A stretch of DNA of 64,000 nucleotides, from the NCBI GenBank assembly GCA_963813025.1, contig CAWEXO010000011.1:480001-544000 (forward strand), read 5' to 3'. This stretch comes from an uncultured Verrucomicrobiae bacterium. Its GTDB lineage: Bacteria; Verrucomicrobiota; Verrucomicrobiia; Chthoniobacterales; JAFAMB01. Below the pieces are notes generated by a model. The model worked only from the letters and a program-made list of their open reading frames with translations, was not told where the DNA came from and searched no databases. The translations under genes were made by a program, and so were the position numbers. This document shows, one piece after another, positions 11,226 to 20,098 of the stretch; the stretch's first letter is position 1; every line of letters starts with the position of its first letter.

Positions 11226-12617
11226 CTAAGAAACTAAATCCGTGGCTGGGTCTAGAGGCGTGAGTTGGAGTCCGAATTCTTTGGCTCGTCGGCTGAGATT
11301 GTGAAGTAGGCGGTCTTTGTATTTTTTCTCGTAGTAGAGTTGCCCTTGCTCGACATAGGCAGCTCCGAACTTGAGCATGCGATAGAACAAGCGTGCCAGT
11401 TTATGAGCTCCGGCGTTGATGGCGGTGGGTGCCCCCAATCGGGCTTTGATGCGGCGGATAAAAGCGCCGATGGCCGTCTTACTTTGCATGGCTCCTTGGG
11501 CCGCCAGCCGGAACATGGCCGCCGCGCGATTCTTGGTTTTTCTGGGGCTGGAACTGAGCAGTTTGCCGCCGCTGATGCGATTGTCCGGACAGAGTTTAAG
11601 CCAGGAGCAAAAGTGTTTTTCGCTTTTCCAACAGGTCATGTCTAAACCCGTTTCCGAAATGATGACTTCCACCGCCAAGGTGCTCAAGCCAGGCAACTGA
11701 CTCAGATCGACACCACAAACGCTGGCCAGATGCGCTCGGCGCTGCAGGGCTAGGCGAACTTGGGCCGACCGTGCTTGGGCCGCCCCGCTTTGCTCGAGGG
11801 CTTGCTCCAAATCTAGTTTAGTGTCGAATTGCTCAAGTTGTTGCTCAATCTTGCTTTCGCAGGCGGTGATCTTGAGCTGGTAGGTGTCATAGAGTTCCAG
11901 GGCCGTTTGCAAGGCGAAGAGATGCTCGGCTCGGTAATCTCCCTGTAAGGCTTTGACGATCTGATCAGTGGATGCTTTCACTTGGGGGTGTTTCATCTGG
12001 GCAAGCTTGAGCGGATTGCGTTCTCCGGCCAAAATCGCCCGAATCATCGCCATGCCACTATAACCGGTGATGTCGCTCAACACGCGGTGCACTTGGATAT
12101 TCATTTCGGTTAAGGCCTTCTGCATGCGTAACACATGGCTGCTGCAGTCCTTAACCAAGGTGTCGCGCAGGCGCAGGAAGCTGCGCAAGACGCAGACCTC
12201 GTCCTTGGGTCGGAACGAGCCGTTTAAAAGACCAAAGGTGTGGAGTTGTTGAAGCCATTGGCAGTCCGAGACGTCGCTTTTGCGTCCAGGCAGATTCTTG
12301 ACATGAGCTGCGTTGACCAATTTTACCTCCAACCCTCTCTGCTCCAGAATCTGGAACACCGGTATCCAATAAACCCCCGTTGATTCCATCACTACGGTCT
12401 CAATGTGGTGTTCGCTCAGCCAGTCAGCCATCCGCTGCAGATCGCTCGTAAAAGGGCCAAACTTGCGCACCGTTTCTGAGCCGCGGTCTTCGGGAATGGC
12501 CACCAGGTGAAAATTCGCCCCGATATCGATTCCTGCGGCCTTGAGATTGATCCGTTCCAGAACACTCCGGTGAGTTTTTGATTTGTTCTTTCGCTTGGTC
12601 GTGGTTTTCTTTGCCAT
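11226..12617 (-). CDS. IS110-family DEDD recombinase/transposase
   Basis: GIDIG, MESTGVYW, KSDVSD (DEDD RuvC-like); LCPDNRISGG serine motif. Confidence 0.95.
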   Translation of the reverse strand: MAKKTTTKRKNKSKTHRSVLERINLKAAGIDIGANFHLVAIPEDRGSETVRKFGPFTSDLQRMADWLSEHHIETVVMESTGVYWIPVFQILEQRGLEVKLVNAAHVKNLPGRKSDVSDCQWLQQLHTFGLLNGSFRPKDEVCVLRSFLRLRDTLVKDCSSHVLRMQKALTEMNIQVHRVLSDITGYSGMAMIRAILAGERNPLKLAQMKHPQVKASTDQIVKALQGDYRAEHLFALQTALELYDTYQLKITACESKIEQQLEQFDTKLDLEQALEQSGAAQARSAQVRLALQRRAHLASVCGVDLSQLPGLSTLAVEVIISETGLDMTCWKSEKHFCSWLKLCPDNRISGGKLLSSSPRKTKNRAAAMFRLAAQGAMQSKTAIGAFIRRIKARLGAPTAINAGAHKLARLFYRMLKFGAAYVEQGQLYYEKKYKDRLLHNLSRRAKEFGLQLTPLDPATDLVS

Positions 12618-12654
12618 ACCTCTCTTGGGTTAGATGTTGTTCTTGCTTTCACAC

Positions 12655-12836
12655 TGCAGCGCATCGGCCCGAGTTGGTAGATAGAGAGAAATCTCCTAAA
12701 CAGGATAGCTCCAGATCGGCAAACAACCCGATCTGGAGCTTCGCTAATGCAACAACCAAAACGCTCGGAACCAAACTAGCTATCGGGCATAAAGCTCCAA
12801 TGCCACACCGGTCTTAACTGCCGACCCACTGCTGCC
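12655..12836 (-). ncRNA. Putative IS110 bridge RNA
   Basis: Closing stem (gcagc..gtcggc / gccgat..gctgc), 13-bp hairpin agctccagatcgg/ccgatctggagct, segments matching both IS junctions; possible TTGATT-N18-TAGAAA promoter upstream; ends approximate. Confidence 0.7.
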
Positions 12837-13128
12837 TACTTTCTACGTCGAGATGCCCAAGGCAATCAATCCAGTGTTTCTTGCCGCAAAAAGAACGCGC
12901 AGAGTTCTGGGGAACTAGCTAGTTTGAGCCGTCTTGGGTGTGGCTATCTCAAAGCCCCGGCTCAAACAAGTTCTCGCCTGGCGCTCGAATGAATTTTCAC
13001 CCTACCGATACAGAGAAAAGACACTACGACACAATACCGGCGATAAGTTGCCGTTACAGGCTGGGCTGGGCAGAGCCGCCTGCGCTTCGGATTGATTCCG
13101 GGTAGGGAATACGGCATAGTGCGCCTTT

Positions 13129-13563
13129 ATGGGCGCCAGGCTCACCCCGACCCGATCTTCTGCTGTTGAGGATTATCTTGAGCAAATTCTTGATCTCATC
13201 AACGCGAAGGGTTATGCGCGAGTTGCCGATATCGCCCAAGGATTGAAAATCTCACAGGCTAGCGTCACGAATATGGTGCAGCGTTTGGACTCGGAGGGGC
13301 TGCTAAAATATGAGAAGTACCGAGGACTGGTTTTAACGACCGCGGGCGAGACCCTAGCTCGAAATATCATGCAACGGCACCATCTCCTAAGCGATTTCTT
13401 TCGTCTGCTTGGAGTCGATGAAGATGTGATCTACCACGACGTGGAGGGGATGGAACATCACATCAGCCCACCAACGCTTCACGCGATCGAGGCTTTAATG
13501 AAGGAACTACAGCAACAACCGAAACTACTTGCTCGCATCAGACCCCACCCTCATGGCAGTTGA
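13129..13563 (+). CDS. mntR: DtxR/MntR-family metal-dependent regulator
   Basis: VEDYLEQI, ARVADIA HTH, EGMEHH. Confidence 0.85.
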   Translation: MGARLTPTRSSAVEDYLEQILDLINAKGYARVADIAQGLKISQASVTNMVQRLDSEGLLKYEKYRGLVLTTAGETLARNIMQRHHLLSDFFRLLGVDEDVIYHDVEGMEHHISPPTLHAIEALMKELQQQPKLLARIRPHPHGS

Positions 13564-13686
13564 ACATTGTGGTTTAGCCGGTCATTCAGGAAATCTCGAA
13601 TTTAACAACCCGGAGATAATTTTCTTTGATCCTGCGGGCAAAAGGCTCTGCCCGGCAAGCTTTGCGCCCAATCCGAAGCCGATGCT

Positions 13687-14157
13687 ATGAGGTGGGTTCG
13701 GGGGTTGGCGCTGATTGCGCTTTTCTTCACGGCTTGTGAGAGTGGTACCGAGACGTCTCGCTACTCCCAGACACAGGCGGCGATTAATCGCAGCATCGCG
13801 CAAGAACGACCTGGCAACTACTACATTGGACGCCGCTTTTTTCGACGGTACTTCTTTTTTTGGGGTTATGTCCGGAAGCCCAGACAATCATGGAGCCAGG
13901 CGCAACTCGTCATGCTCAATGAGCAAAAGGTCCACGCGCCCGATCGCGCGGAGAACGTGATTGGTTCCGACAACGGTTACGAATATCGTCTCCAAGGCTA
14001 TTTCTCCGGTCAAAAGGTGTACGAACCGGCCTCGAACAGTTTTTATCCGGAATTTGTGCTCACCGGATACACATTGCTGTCACAGCATCCTCCGCCTATT
14101 TTTAGGCAAGCGAGCGCAACCGATCCGAACCGGATAACGATCGATCGGCCCGAATGA
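13687..14157 (+). CDS. Hypothetical lipoprotein
   Basis: Signal peptide with lipobox FTAC. Confidence 0.75.
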   Translation: MRWVRGLALIALFFTACESGTETSRYSQTQAAINRSIAQERPGNYYIGRRFFRRYFFFWGYVRKPRQSWSQAQLVMLNEQKVHAPDRAENVIGSDNGYEYRLQGYFSGQKVYEPASNSFYPEFVLTGYTLLSQHPPPIFRQASATDPNRITIDRPE

Positions 14158-14251
14158 TTGTTTCGGGCTGAGCATCCTGATATTCTGGCTCCTCGACGGC
14201 GCCAGCCGGTGTACGGACTGTGTTTGGCCGTGAGAGGATGGTTTTCGGTGG

Positions 14252-17200
14252 ATGATCGATCCGAGCAGATTTGACCATTTCGAGGTTTTGCGGAAGTCCG
14301 ATGGCGCTCTTTGGGAACTCGGCCGGGGCACCATGGGTACGACTTACAAGGCGTTCAATACAAATTTCCGGTGTGCGGTCGCCTTGAAGGTGATCAACCC
14401 GCAATACGTCAGTAGTGACACCGCACGCTACCGTTTTTTGCGCGAAGCTCGGGCGGCAGCGCAGTTTCGCCACCCTAATGTGGCTTCGGTATTTCATCTG
14501 GGTAACTCCGAGAATGGCTTTTTCTATGCCATGGAGTTTGTCGACGGGGAGACTGTGGAGCGGCGGGTCGCGGATCACGGCCCCCTCGATCTGCTCCAGA
14601 GCTTGCGCATCACCCGGCAGGTAACCCGCGCGTTGATTGCCGCCGAGCGGAAGCAATTGATCCACCGAGACATTAAGCCCGCTAATCTTATGTTAGCCAG
14701 GGACGAGGATGACGAGGAACAGCTGCTCGTCAAAGTTATCGATTTCGGGTTGGCCAAATCGTTGCTGAACCCGACCGAACAGTCGGGTACGGTGACGCTG
14801 GCGGGATTTGCCGGCACGCCGCATTTCGCCAGCCCAGAGCAGCTCGAGGAAAAGGAACTCGATATACGCTCCGATCTCTACTCCCTCGGGGCGACTCTCT
14901 GGTACATGTTGTTTGGACATCCGCCCTTCCAGGGGCCGATTGCCAGCGTGATCGCTCAACAGCTTAGCGCGGAATTGCCGGCGACGGCCTTGGGGCAATT
15001 GCCGGCGGCACCCCGAGAAGTGCTCTGTAAACTACTGGCCAAGAAGCCCGCCGATCGGTTTTCCAACCCGACTGAACTCAAGTCATCCCTTGACCGGATT
15101 TTGCAGGATCTAACCGACGACCCGCAGGACAAAAGCTGCCAGTCACCTGATCCTCTGCAGATCGCGGCGGCCCTGGAGGAGTTTGCTACCGGCCAGTTAG
15201 TGCGTAACCGATACAAAATAATAGGGCCATCGGCGGTCGACCGCCGACTCTACGAGGCCAGGGACCTTCACGGCAACCAGCTGGTCGCCGTTCGACCTGT
15301 TCCGGTGAATTTGGCAGCGGATTCCGGGTGGATGGATCAGTTCGGCAAGGAGATCGAGCGCCTGCGGAGTGTTCATCATCCCGGTCTGCTCGAGCTGTTC
15401 GGGCTGGAAAGCTCTGATCGCGGCGCGGTGTTGATCAGCGAATGGCTGAATGGATTTTCCTGGCAGGAGTTGCTGCGGGCGCGACGAGAACTTACCTGGG
15501 ATGAAACTTACCGATTAGCCGCCCCGCTTGCTCGTCTAACCGACTTTTTGCAAGGACGAGGTTTTGTTTCTCTGCCTCTGCGAAGCCTCTTCGTTGAGAT
15601 CCCGAAGCTACCCGGTAATTGTCGAACGCTCTTGCGAACTCCGGTTTCCGGCTGGCCGCCATTCCTGGTGAAAGCTGATCCCTTGGCACTGAGCCTTTGG
15701 TGGCGCCCGGATTCGTTCGAACCAACGATAACTGTGGTCGACCGCCGAACAGGCGACGCGGAGCCGGCTGCTGCACAATATCTGGCGATGGCGACCTATG
15801 AACTGCTGGGCGGTGCCTTGCACGGATCGGCGGTCGGAACCGAATGCGGCCGCTCTCCGCCTTTAGTCACTCTCTCCGAAGCCGGCAACCGTCTCTTGCA
15901 ACAGGCGCTCACCGATCGAAAGCGATTCAGTTCCGCCACACAATTTGTAAAGGAGTTGCAGGCGGTTGAAAGCGGGGAAGCCGCATCTGTCGCAGTTTCT
16001 CCGAAGCGATTGGCGGCTTCGCTGGCAGCGAGACGAGTTCCCGAACCCGTAATCGTAGAAGACGATGTCCAACCCCGTTTGTCGCCGGTTCTTCTTTCTA
16101 TCGGAGTGACGATGCTCGTGCTGTTTCTCGCGTGCGCCGTAGGCCTACTGATTTTCGAACAGGTGCGGCTGGGCCGCCACGGGTCACCGTCAGGCGGGTT
16201 CGTTTCCGTCGAAAGTCAGCCCGAAGGAGCATCGGTATTTTGGCGGAGCCAAGAGCTTGGGAAGACGCCGGTCAAACAGCGGTCGCTGCCGAACGGCGCG
16301 CAGACAGTCGAGTTGCGACTCCCGGGTTACGAAAATCGTGAGGTAAATGTGAACGTAGTGCCCGGAACAACCAGTGATACTGGCACACTTCCGCTCCAGC
16401 GGAGTGCCGGCCATCTGATCCTGAAGACCAATCCAACTGGGGTTCCTTACGAGATTATCGGTTCCGATGAGAAATTAATTTCGGGACGGACCCCGGCGAA
16501 TTTAGCAAAGCTTTCCCCCGGGGCATATGTCGTTCGCTACCGTTTGGCCGGGTGGCCGGTCTTTCAACAGCCGGTCAGTATTGAGGCCGGATCGAGCCAG
16601 ACACTGGAACACACCTTTGCTGGCGGCACCGTGAATTTTAAGAGCGATCCCACCGGTGCGACGATCTACGAAGGAGAAGTACTCCTGGGAAAAACACCTT
16701 TCAGCACCGTCTTGCCGATCGGCCAGACGGTTGAATTGACCTCGAAGGTCGAAGGACTCAAGCCCGCCTCCGAGCGCGTCACCCCTGGGCAACAAAACTC
16801 GGACCCGGTGATCTTTCGACACAGCTATGGGATGGTCTCAATCACCAGCGACGTACCCGGAGGACAAGTAACTATTTCCGGCATCGACGCTGGCCGAACC
16901 CCTCTCCAGAAGCCGGTTTCCCCAGGCCGGCATGAATTTGTTCTTACGGGTCCCGACCACTCAACTGAGAGCAAGGAGATCGAAGTTCCGCCTGGGAAGG
17001 TGATCGCGATAAATTTCGGGTCTGCCTCCGCCAACCTGCGACACGAGACGCGTGAGGCGCATCGGCCCGCGCTGCGCGCCCAAACTGGGGGACCACGCAG
17101 GCCGCCAGTCTACTTGTCAAAGGAAGACTATGATCGTGCGCGAGACGAAGCTTTTCGCCGCTTCGATGCGGAATGGGACTACCGCAAACGTGCGCTGAAA

Positions 17201-17359
17201 CAGGCCCAAGATTACTATGAATACCAGGCCGATCATTCCGAAGGGTCGGCTCGCGAGAAATGGAATGCGAAAAAGGAGCAAGCCGATCGCCAGACTGACG
17301 CCTTGGGCGACGCGCGTGATCACGCGAAAGACGAACTGACACGGCAGTGGAGCGAGTGA
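14252..17359 (+). CDS. Hanks-type Ser/Thr kinase with second degenerate kinase domain, TM helix and PEGA repeats
   Basis: LGRGTMG, VALK, HRDIKPAN, DFG, GTPHFASPE; TM near aa 615-635; repeated S.P.GA...LGKTP PEGA motifs. Confidence 0.9.
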   Translation: MIDPSRFDHFEVLRKSDGALWELGRGTMGTTYKAFNTNFRCAVALKVINPQYVSSDTARYRFLREARAAAQFRHPNVASVFHLGNSENGFFYAMEFVDGETVERRVADHGPLDLLQSLRITRQVTRALIAAERKQLIHRDIKPANLMLARDEDDEEQLLVKVIDFGLAKSLLNPTEQSGTVTLAGFAGTPHFASPEQLEEKELDIRSDLYSLGATLWYMLFGHPPFQGPIASVIAQQLSAELPATALGQLPAAPREVLCKLLAKKPADRFSNPTELKSSLDRILQDLTDDPQDKSCQSPDPLQIAAALEEFATGQLVRNRYKIIGPSAVDRRLYEARDLHGNQLVAVRPVPVNLAADSGWMDQFGKEIERLRSVHHPGLLELFGLESSDRGAVLISEWLNGFSWQELLRARRELTWDETYRLAAPLARLTDFLQGRGFVSLPLRSLFVEIPKLPGNCRTLLRTPVSGWPPFLVKADPLALSLWWRPDSFEPTITVVDRRTGDAEPAAAQYLAMATYELLGGALHGSAVGTECGRSPPLVTLSEAGNRLLQQALTDRKRFSSATQFVKELQAVESGEAASVAVSPKRLAASLAARRVPEPVIVEDDVQPRLSPVLLSIGVTMLVLFLACAVGLLIFEQVRLGRHGSPSGGFVSVESQPEGASVFWRSQELGKTPVKQRSLPNGAQTVELRLPGYENREVNVNVVPGTTSDTGTLPLQRSAGHLILKTNPTGVPYEIIGSDEKLISGRTPANLAKLSPGAYVVRYRLAGWPVFQQPVSIEAGSSQTLEHTFAGGTVNFKSDPTGATIYEGEVLLGKTPFSTVLPIGQTVELTSKVEGLKPASERVTPGQQNSDPVIFRHSYGMVSITSDVPGGQVTISGIDAGRTPLQKPVSPGRHEFVLTGPDHSTESKEIEVPPGKVIAINFGSASANLRHETREAHRPALRAQTGGPRRPPVYLSKEDYDRARDEAFRRFDAEWDYRKRALKQAQDYYEYQADHSEGSAREKWNAKKEQADRQTDALGDARDHAKDELTRQWSE

Positions 17360-17412
17360 TTGTATCGCCCGGACAGGAACCAGAAAAACTTTCCGTTCTT
17401 GGCGCATAAAGG

Positions 17413-18480
17413 CTAAGCCTCGCCGATGCGTTGATGCAGAACCCGAAAGGCAGAGCCGGCTCCGCTCGGATCCGTGACGAAGCGCCCCCGCTCATCCGAT
17501 AAGGCCCTTCGTCCCCAGGTCCTCAGAAACTTGGCTTGGGAGAAATAGCCGATTGTGCGAAACCCAAAATCCAGGCCCCATCGCTGCAAATCGGCAAAGT
17601 TTACATCAGCCGTCAGATCCTGGTGTCCGGCCCGTAAATAGATTTCCCTTCCAGTAAAGCGCTGATGCCGATGGTAGGCTCGGATAGTTCCCATCGGGGT
17701 AGCGCCGAAGATTTCCACGGGATTTCCACCGTAGTCGATGGTCAAGAGTGCGCCTTTCTGCAGAACAGAGCTAAGTTCCCTGAGCCAGGTATGGTAAACT
17801 TCATGAACCTCAATGAATTGTCCGGAAACAAACGTCTCGTGGAACGAAACCGACTCGGGAAGATCCTTTACGGAGTGCAGCTCTTCGCGCCAAACGCCGG
17901 AATCGAAAAGCAGGAACACCTCGAACCAGATTCCGCCTTGCTTGGCAAACCGGCGACAAGGAAAAGCGTCGACAAATTCGTTGGAAAAAACCAAGGCTTC
18001 GCCCTGGTCTTTGAGAGCTGCCTGCACTGAGGAGAACCAACGCGGAAATGAAACCCGACGCAGAAATGAAGGCCGACGCATTCGGCGATTTGACAGCCGC
18101 CGCTGCTGCTCCTCCTTCAATGGACCCGACAATTCGACAATCCGATAATCGATTTCCGAAAATGGTGGGAAACGCCGCAAGATCCCGGAAGCCATTTCAC
18201 CGGAGCCGGCACCCAACTCGACCACGGTGAGAGAGCGCAGTTTCAATGCCCGCGCCTCCTGTTTGATCCACGCCGCAATCGCTTCCGCCAGCGCGCCGCT
18301 CAAGGTTGCCGTGGTGGAGAAGTCCCCTTTCGATCCGACTGTGGCAACGTTTCGACTGTAGTACCCGTGGACCGGATGATAAAGAGCGAGCTCCATAAAA
18401 CGGTCAAAGCGAAGGCAGCCGCCCTCCGCCTGAGCAATCTCGGCTAACCAGCTTGGCATAGGAGGTAACGAGCGTAACAA
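17413..18480 (-). CDS. SAM-dependent methyltransferase, MidA/NDUFAF7 family
   Basis: FMELALYHP..GYY, ELGAGSG, SNEFVDAFP, IDYG, QDLTADVNF; start may be ATG 18459. Confidence 0.88.
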   Translation of the reverse strand: MLRSLPPMPSWLAEIAQAEGGCLRFDRFMELALYHPVHGYYSRNVATVGSKGDFSTTATLSGALAEAIAAWIKQEARALKLRSLTVVELGAGSGEMASGILRRFPPFSEIDYRIVELSGPLKEEQQRRLSNRRMRRPSFLRRVSFPRWFSSVQAALKDQGEALVFSNEFVDAFPCRRFAKQGGIWFEVFLLFDSGVWREELHSVKDLPESVSFHETFVSGQFIEVHEVYHTWLRELSSVLQKGALLTIDYGGNPVEIFGATPMGTIRAYHRHQRFTGREIYLRAGHQDLTADVNFADLQRWGLDFGFRTIGYFSQAKFLRTWGRRALSDERGRFVTDPSGAGSAFRVLHQRIGEA

Positions 18481-18484
18481 TTTA

Positions 18485-18548
18485 CGCGTGTCATGGAGTG
18501 TGCGCGACCCGCCTTCGCTACGCCCGGCTACGGCGCGGCAGTCCTTGT
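18485..18548. repeat. REP-like repeat family B, copy 1
   Basis: cgcgaccc.ccttcgcta.cgc.cggct..ggcgcggcag shared with 36357-36419. Confidence 0.65.
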
Positions 18549-18569
18549 CACACTCACTCCACGTCGCCC

Positions 18570-19625
18570 TTATCCACCGAGATCTTCTTTGATCGTTTCA
18601 ACAAAGGCGGTCAGCAACCGCACGCACCGTTCCACGTCGTTCAAATCCACGAGTTCGACAGGAGAGTGCATGTATCTGAGCGGAATTGATAGAAGAGCGC
18701 TGGGCACGCCGGTCCGGCTGGAATAAATCCGCTCAGTGTCGGTGCCGGGCGAATAGGCTTCGTGCTGGATCGGGAGATCAAGCTGCCTGGCCAAGGCAAT
18801 CAACCGTTCTACGATTCTCGGATGATTCGCCGTCCCATGAGTGAGCGAAGGTCCCTGTCCCAGGCGAACTGAACCGTGTTTGTTCTTATCAATACCCGGT
18901 GAATCCGTGGCATGCGTGACGTCAAGAACAATCGCCGCTTGCGGCTGTAGCCGATAAGCGATCATTTTGGCGCCAGCACCTCCGATTTCCTCCTGAACCG
19001 CGTTAACGGCGAGTACGGTCGCGACCGTTCTCTCCGGGCGGGCCGACAAGCTCTCCAATACCTGGCTGAGAATAAATCCGCCGATCCGGTTGTCGATCGC
19101 GCGGCCAACCACTCGACTCCCTGTTAGCTCTTCGGCCTGGTCAGTGTAGACAGCCGGATGTCCCGGTCGGATTCCCCGTTCCTCGACTTCCGCTCGGCCG
19201 CCGGCGCCGATGTCGACAAAGAGTTGATGCATCTCCGGAATCTTGTCGTCCTGCTTCTCGCGAAGATGAATAGCGGTATTACCGACAATCCCGAGCACCG
19301 GCCCTTTGTCCCCAAAAATTTTGAGACGTTTGCCCCGGGCGATTGCCCAATCACTTCCGCCGATCCTGGTCAAATAGAGATAACCATCATCCGAAATGTT
19401 TTGCACCATAAACCCGATTTCATCGGCATGCGCCTCCAACATGAGACGGAGGTTCGAGTTTGATCCATGGCGAGTTACCCATGCGTTCCCGTATGAATCG
19501 GTATCGACTCGATCTGCCCACTGGCGCGCATAATCCATCCAAACCTTTTGACCAGCATTTTCAAACCCGGTAGGGCTCGGCGTGTTGAGCAATTCGAAGA
19601 GAAACCGTTTGGCGTCATCATTCAT
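18570..19625 (-). CDS. M42-family metallopeptidase
   Basis: PSPTGFE, AHADEIG, AIDNR, QEEIG, DVTHA, RYMHSP. Confidence 0.9.
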   Translation of the reverse strand: MNDDAKRFLFELLNTPSPTGFENAGQKVWMDYARQWADRVDTDSYGNAWVTRHGSNSNLRLMLEAHADEIGFMVQNISDDGYLYLTRIGGSDWAIARGKRLKIFGDKGPVLGIVGNTAIHLREKQDDKIPEMHQLFVDIGAGGRAEVEERGIRPGHPAVYTDQAEELTGSRVVGRAIDNRIGGFILSQVLESLSARPERTVATVLAVNAVQEEIGGAGAKMIAYRLQPQAAIVLDVTHATDSPGIDKNKHGSVRLGQGPSLTHGTANHPRIVERLIALARQLDLPIQHEAYSPGTDTERIYSSRTGVPSALLSIPLRYMHSPVELVDLNDVERCVRLLTAFVETIKEDLGG

Positions 19626-20098
19626 TTTGTTACAGAACAGGGATTACCGCGCTGGTCATTTGTCAACGATGGCGGACAATGGCCGATGACCAATGACCAA
19701 TGGCCGATGAGCAGCTCGGTCAGGACATCGGTAACACTATATCGTTAAGATAAGTTTGACTGTTCAATGTGAAAGTTGCACCGATTGGCAAATCTGGCCG
19801 GCTCCGTTTTTGCGTTTGACAGGCTGGAGCGAGGAACGAGCGAACAGTCGATGCCCCCTGCCAGCGCCTTGAGCGCAAGCTCTACTCACTGTTCCATAGG
19901 CTCACTCTTTTTTTGGGCATGACCGAAGTTTACGATGAGATGAATCTGCAGTTCCGGGGCGCTTTGGCGATCAATTTGCTTGAGAAAGTCGCAACCACTC
20001 CACATGGGGGTGCTTTCGTTTGGCGAAGGATCCCTCGAGGTAACTTCCGGTCGCCAAATAGTCAAGATGCCGCGGCGTTTGTAATCATGACGCCGGAC

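Larger units (their letters stand above)
11223..12916 (-). mobile_element. IS110-family insertion sequence with CT core at both junctions
   Basis: IS110 recombinase gene; no long terminal IRs; gagaaCT|cctaa and gggaaCT|agcta junctions; empty site inferred from sister repeats. Confidence 0.85.
11175..13019. repeat. Palindromic repeat family A, copy 3, interrupted by IS110
   Basis: Left arm 11175-11224 is complementary to the right arm ~12958-13019; the repeat resumes at ~12921 after the IS. Confidence 0.75.

Noticed and set aside
19650..19712. Heptamer repeats (aatgacc/aatggcc) as a regulatory array
   Set aside because: Short degenerate simple repeats with no supporting context
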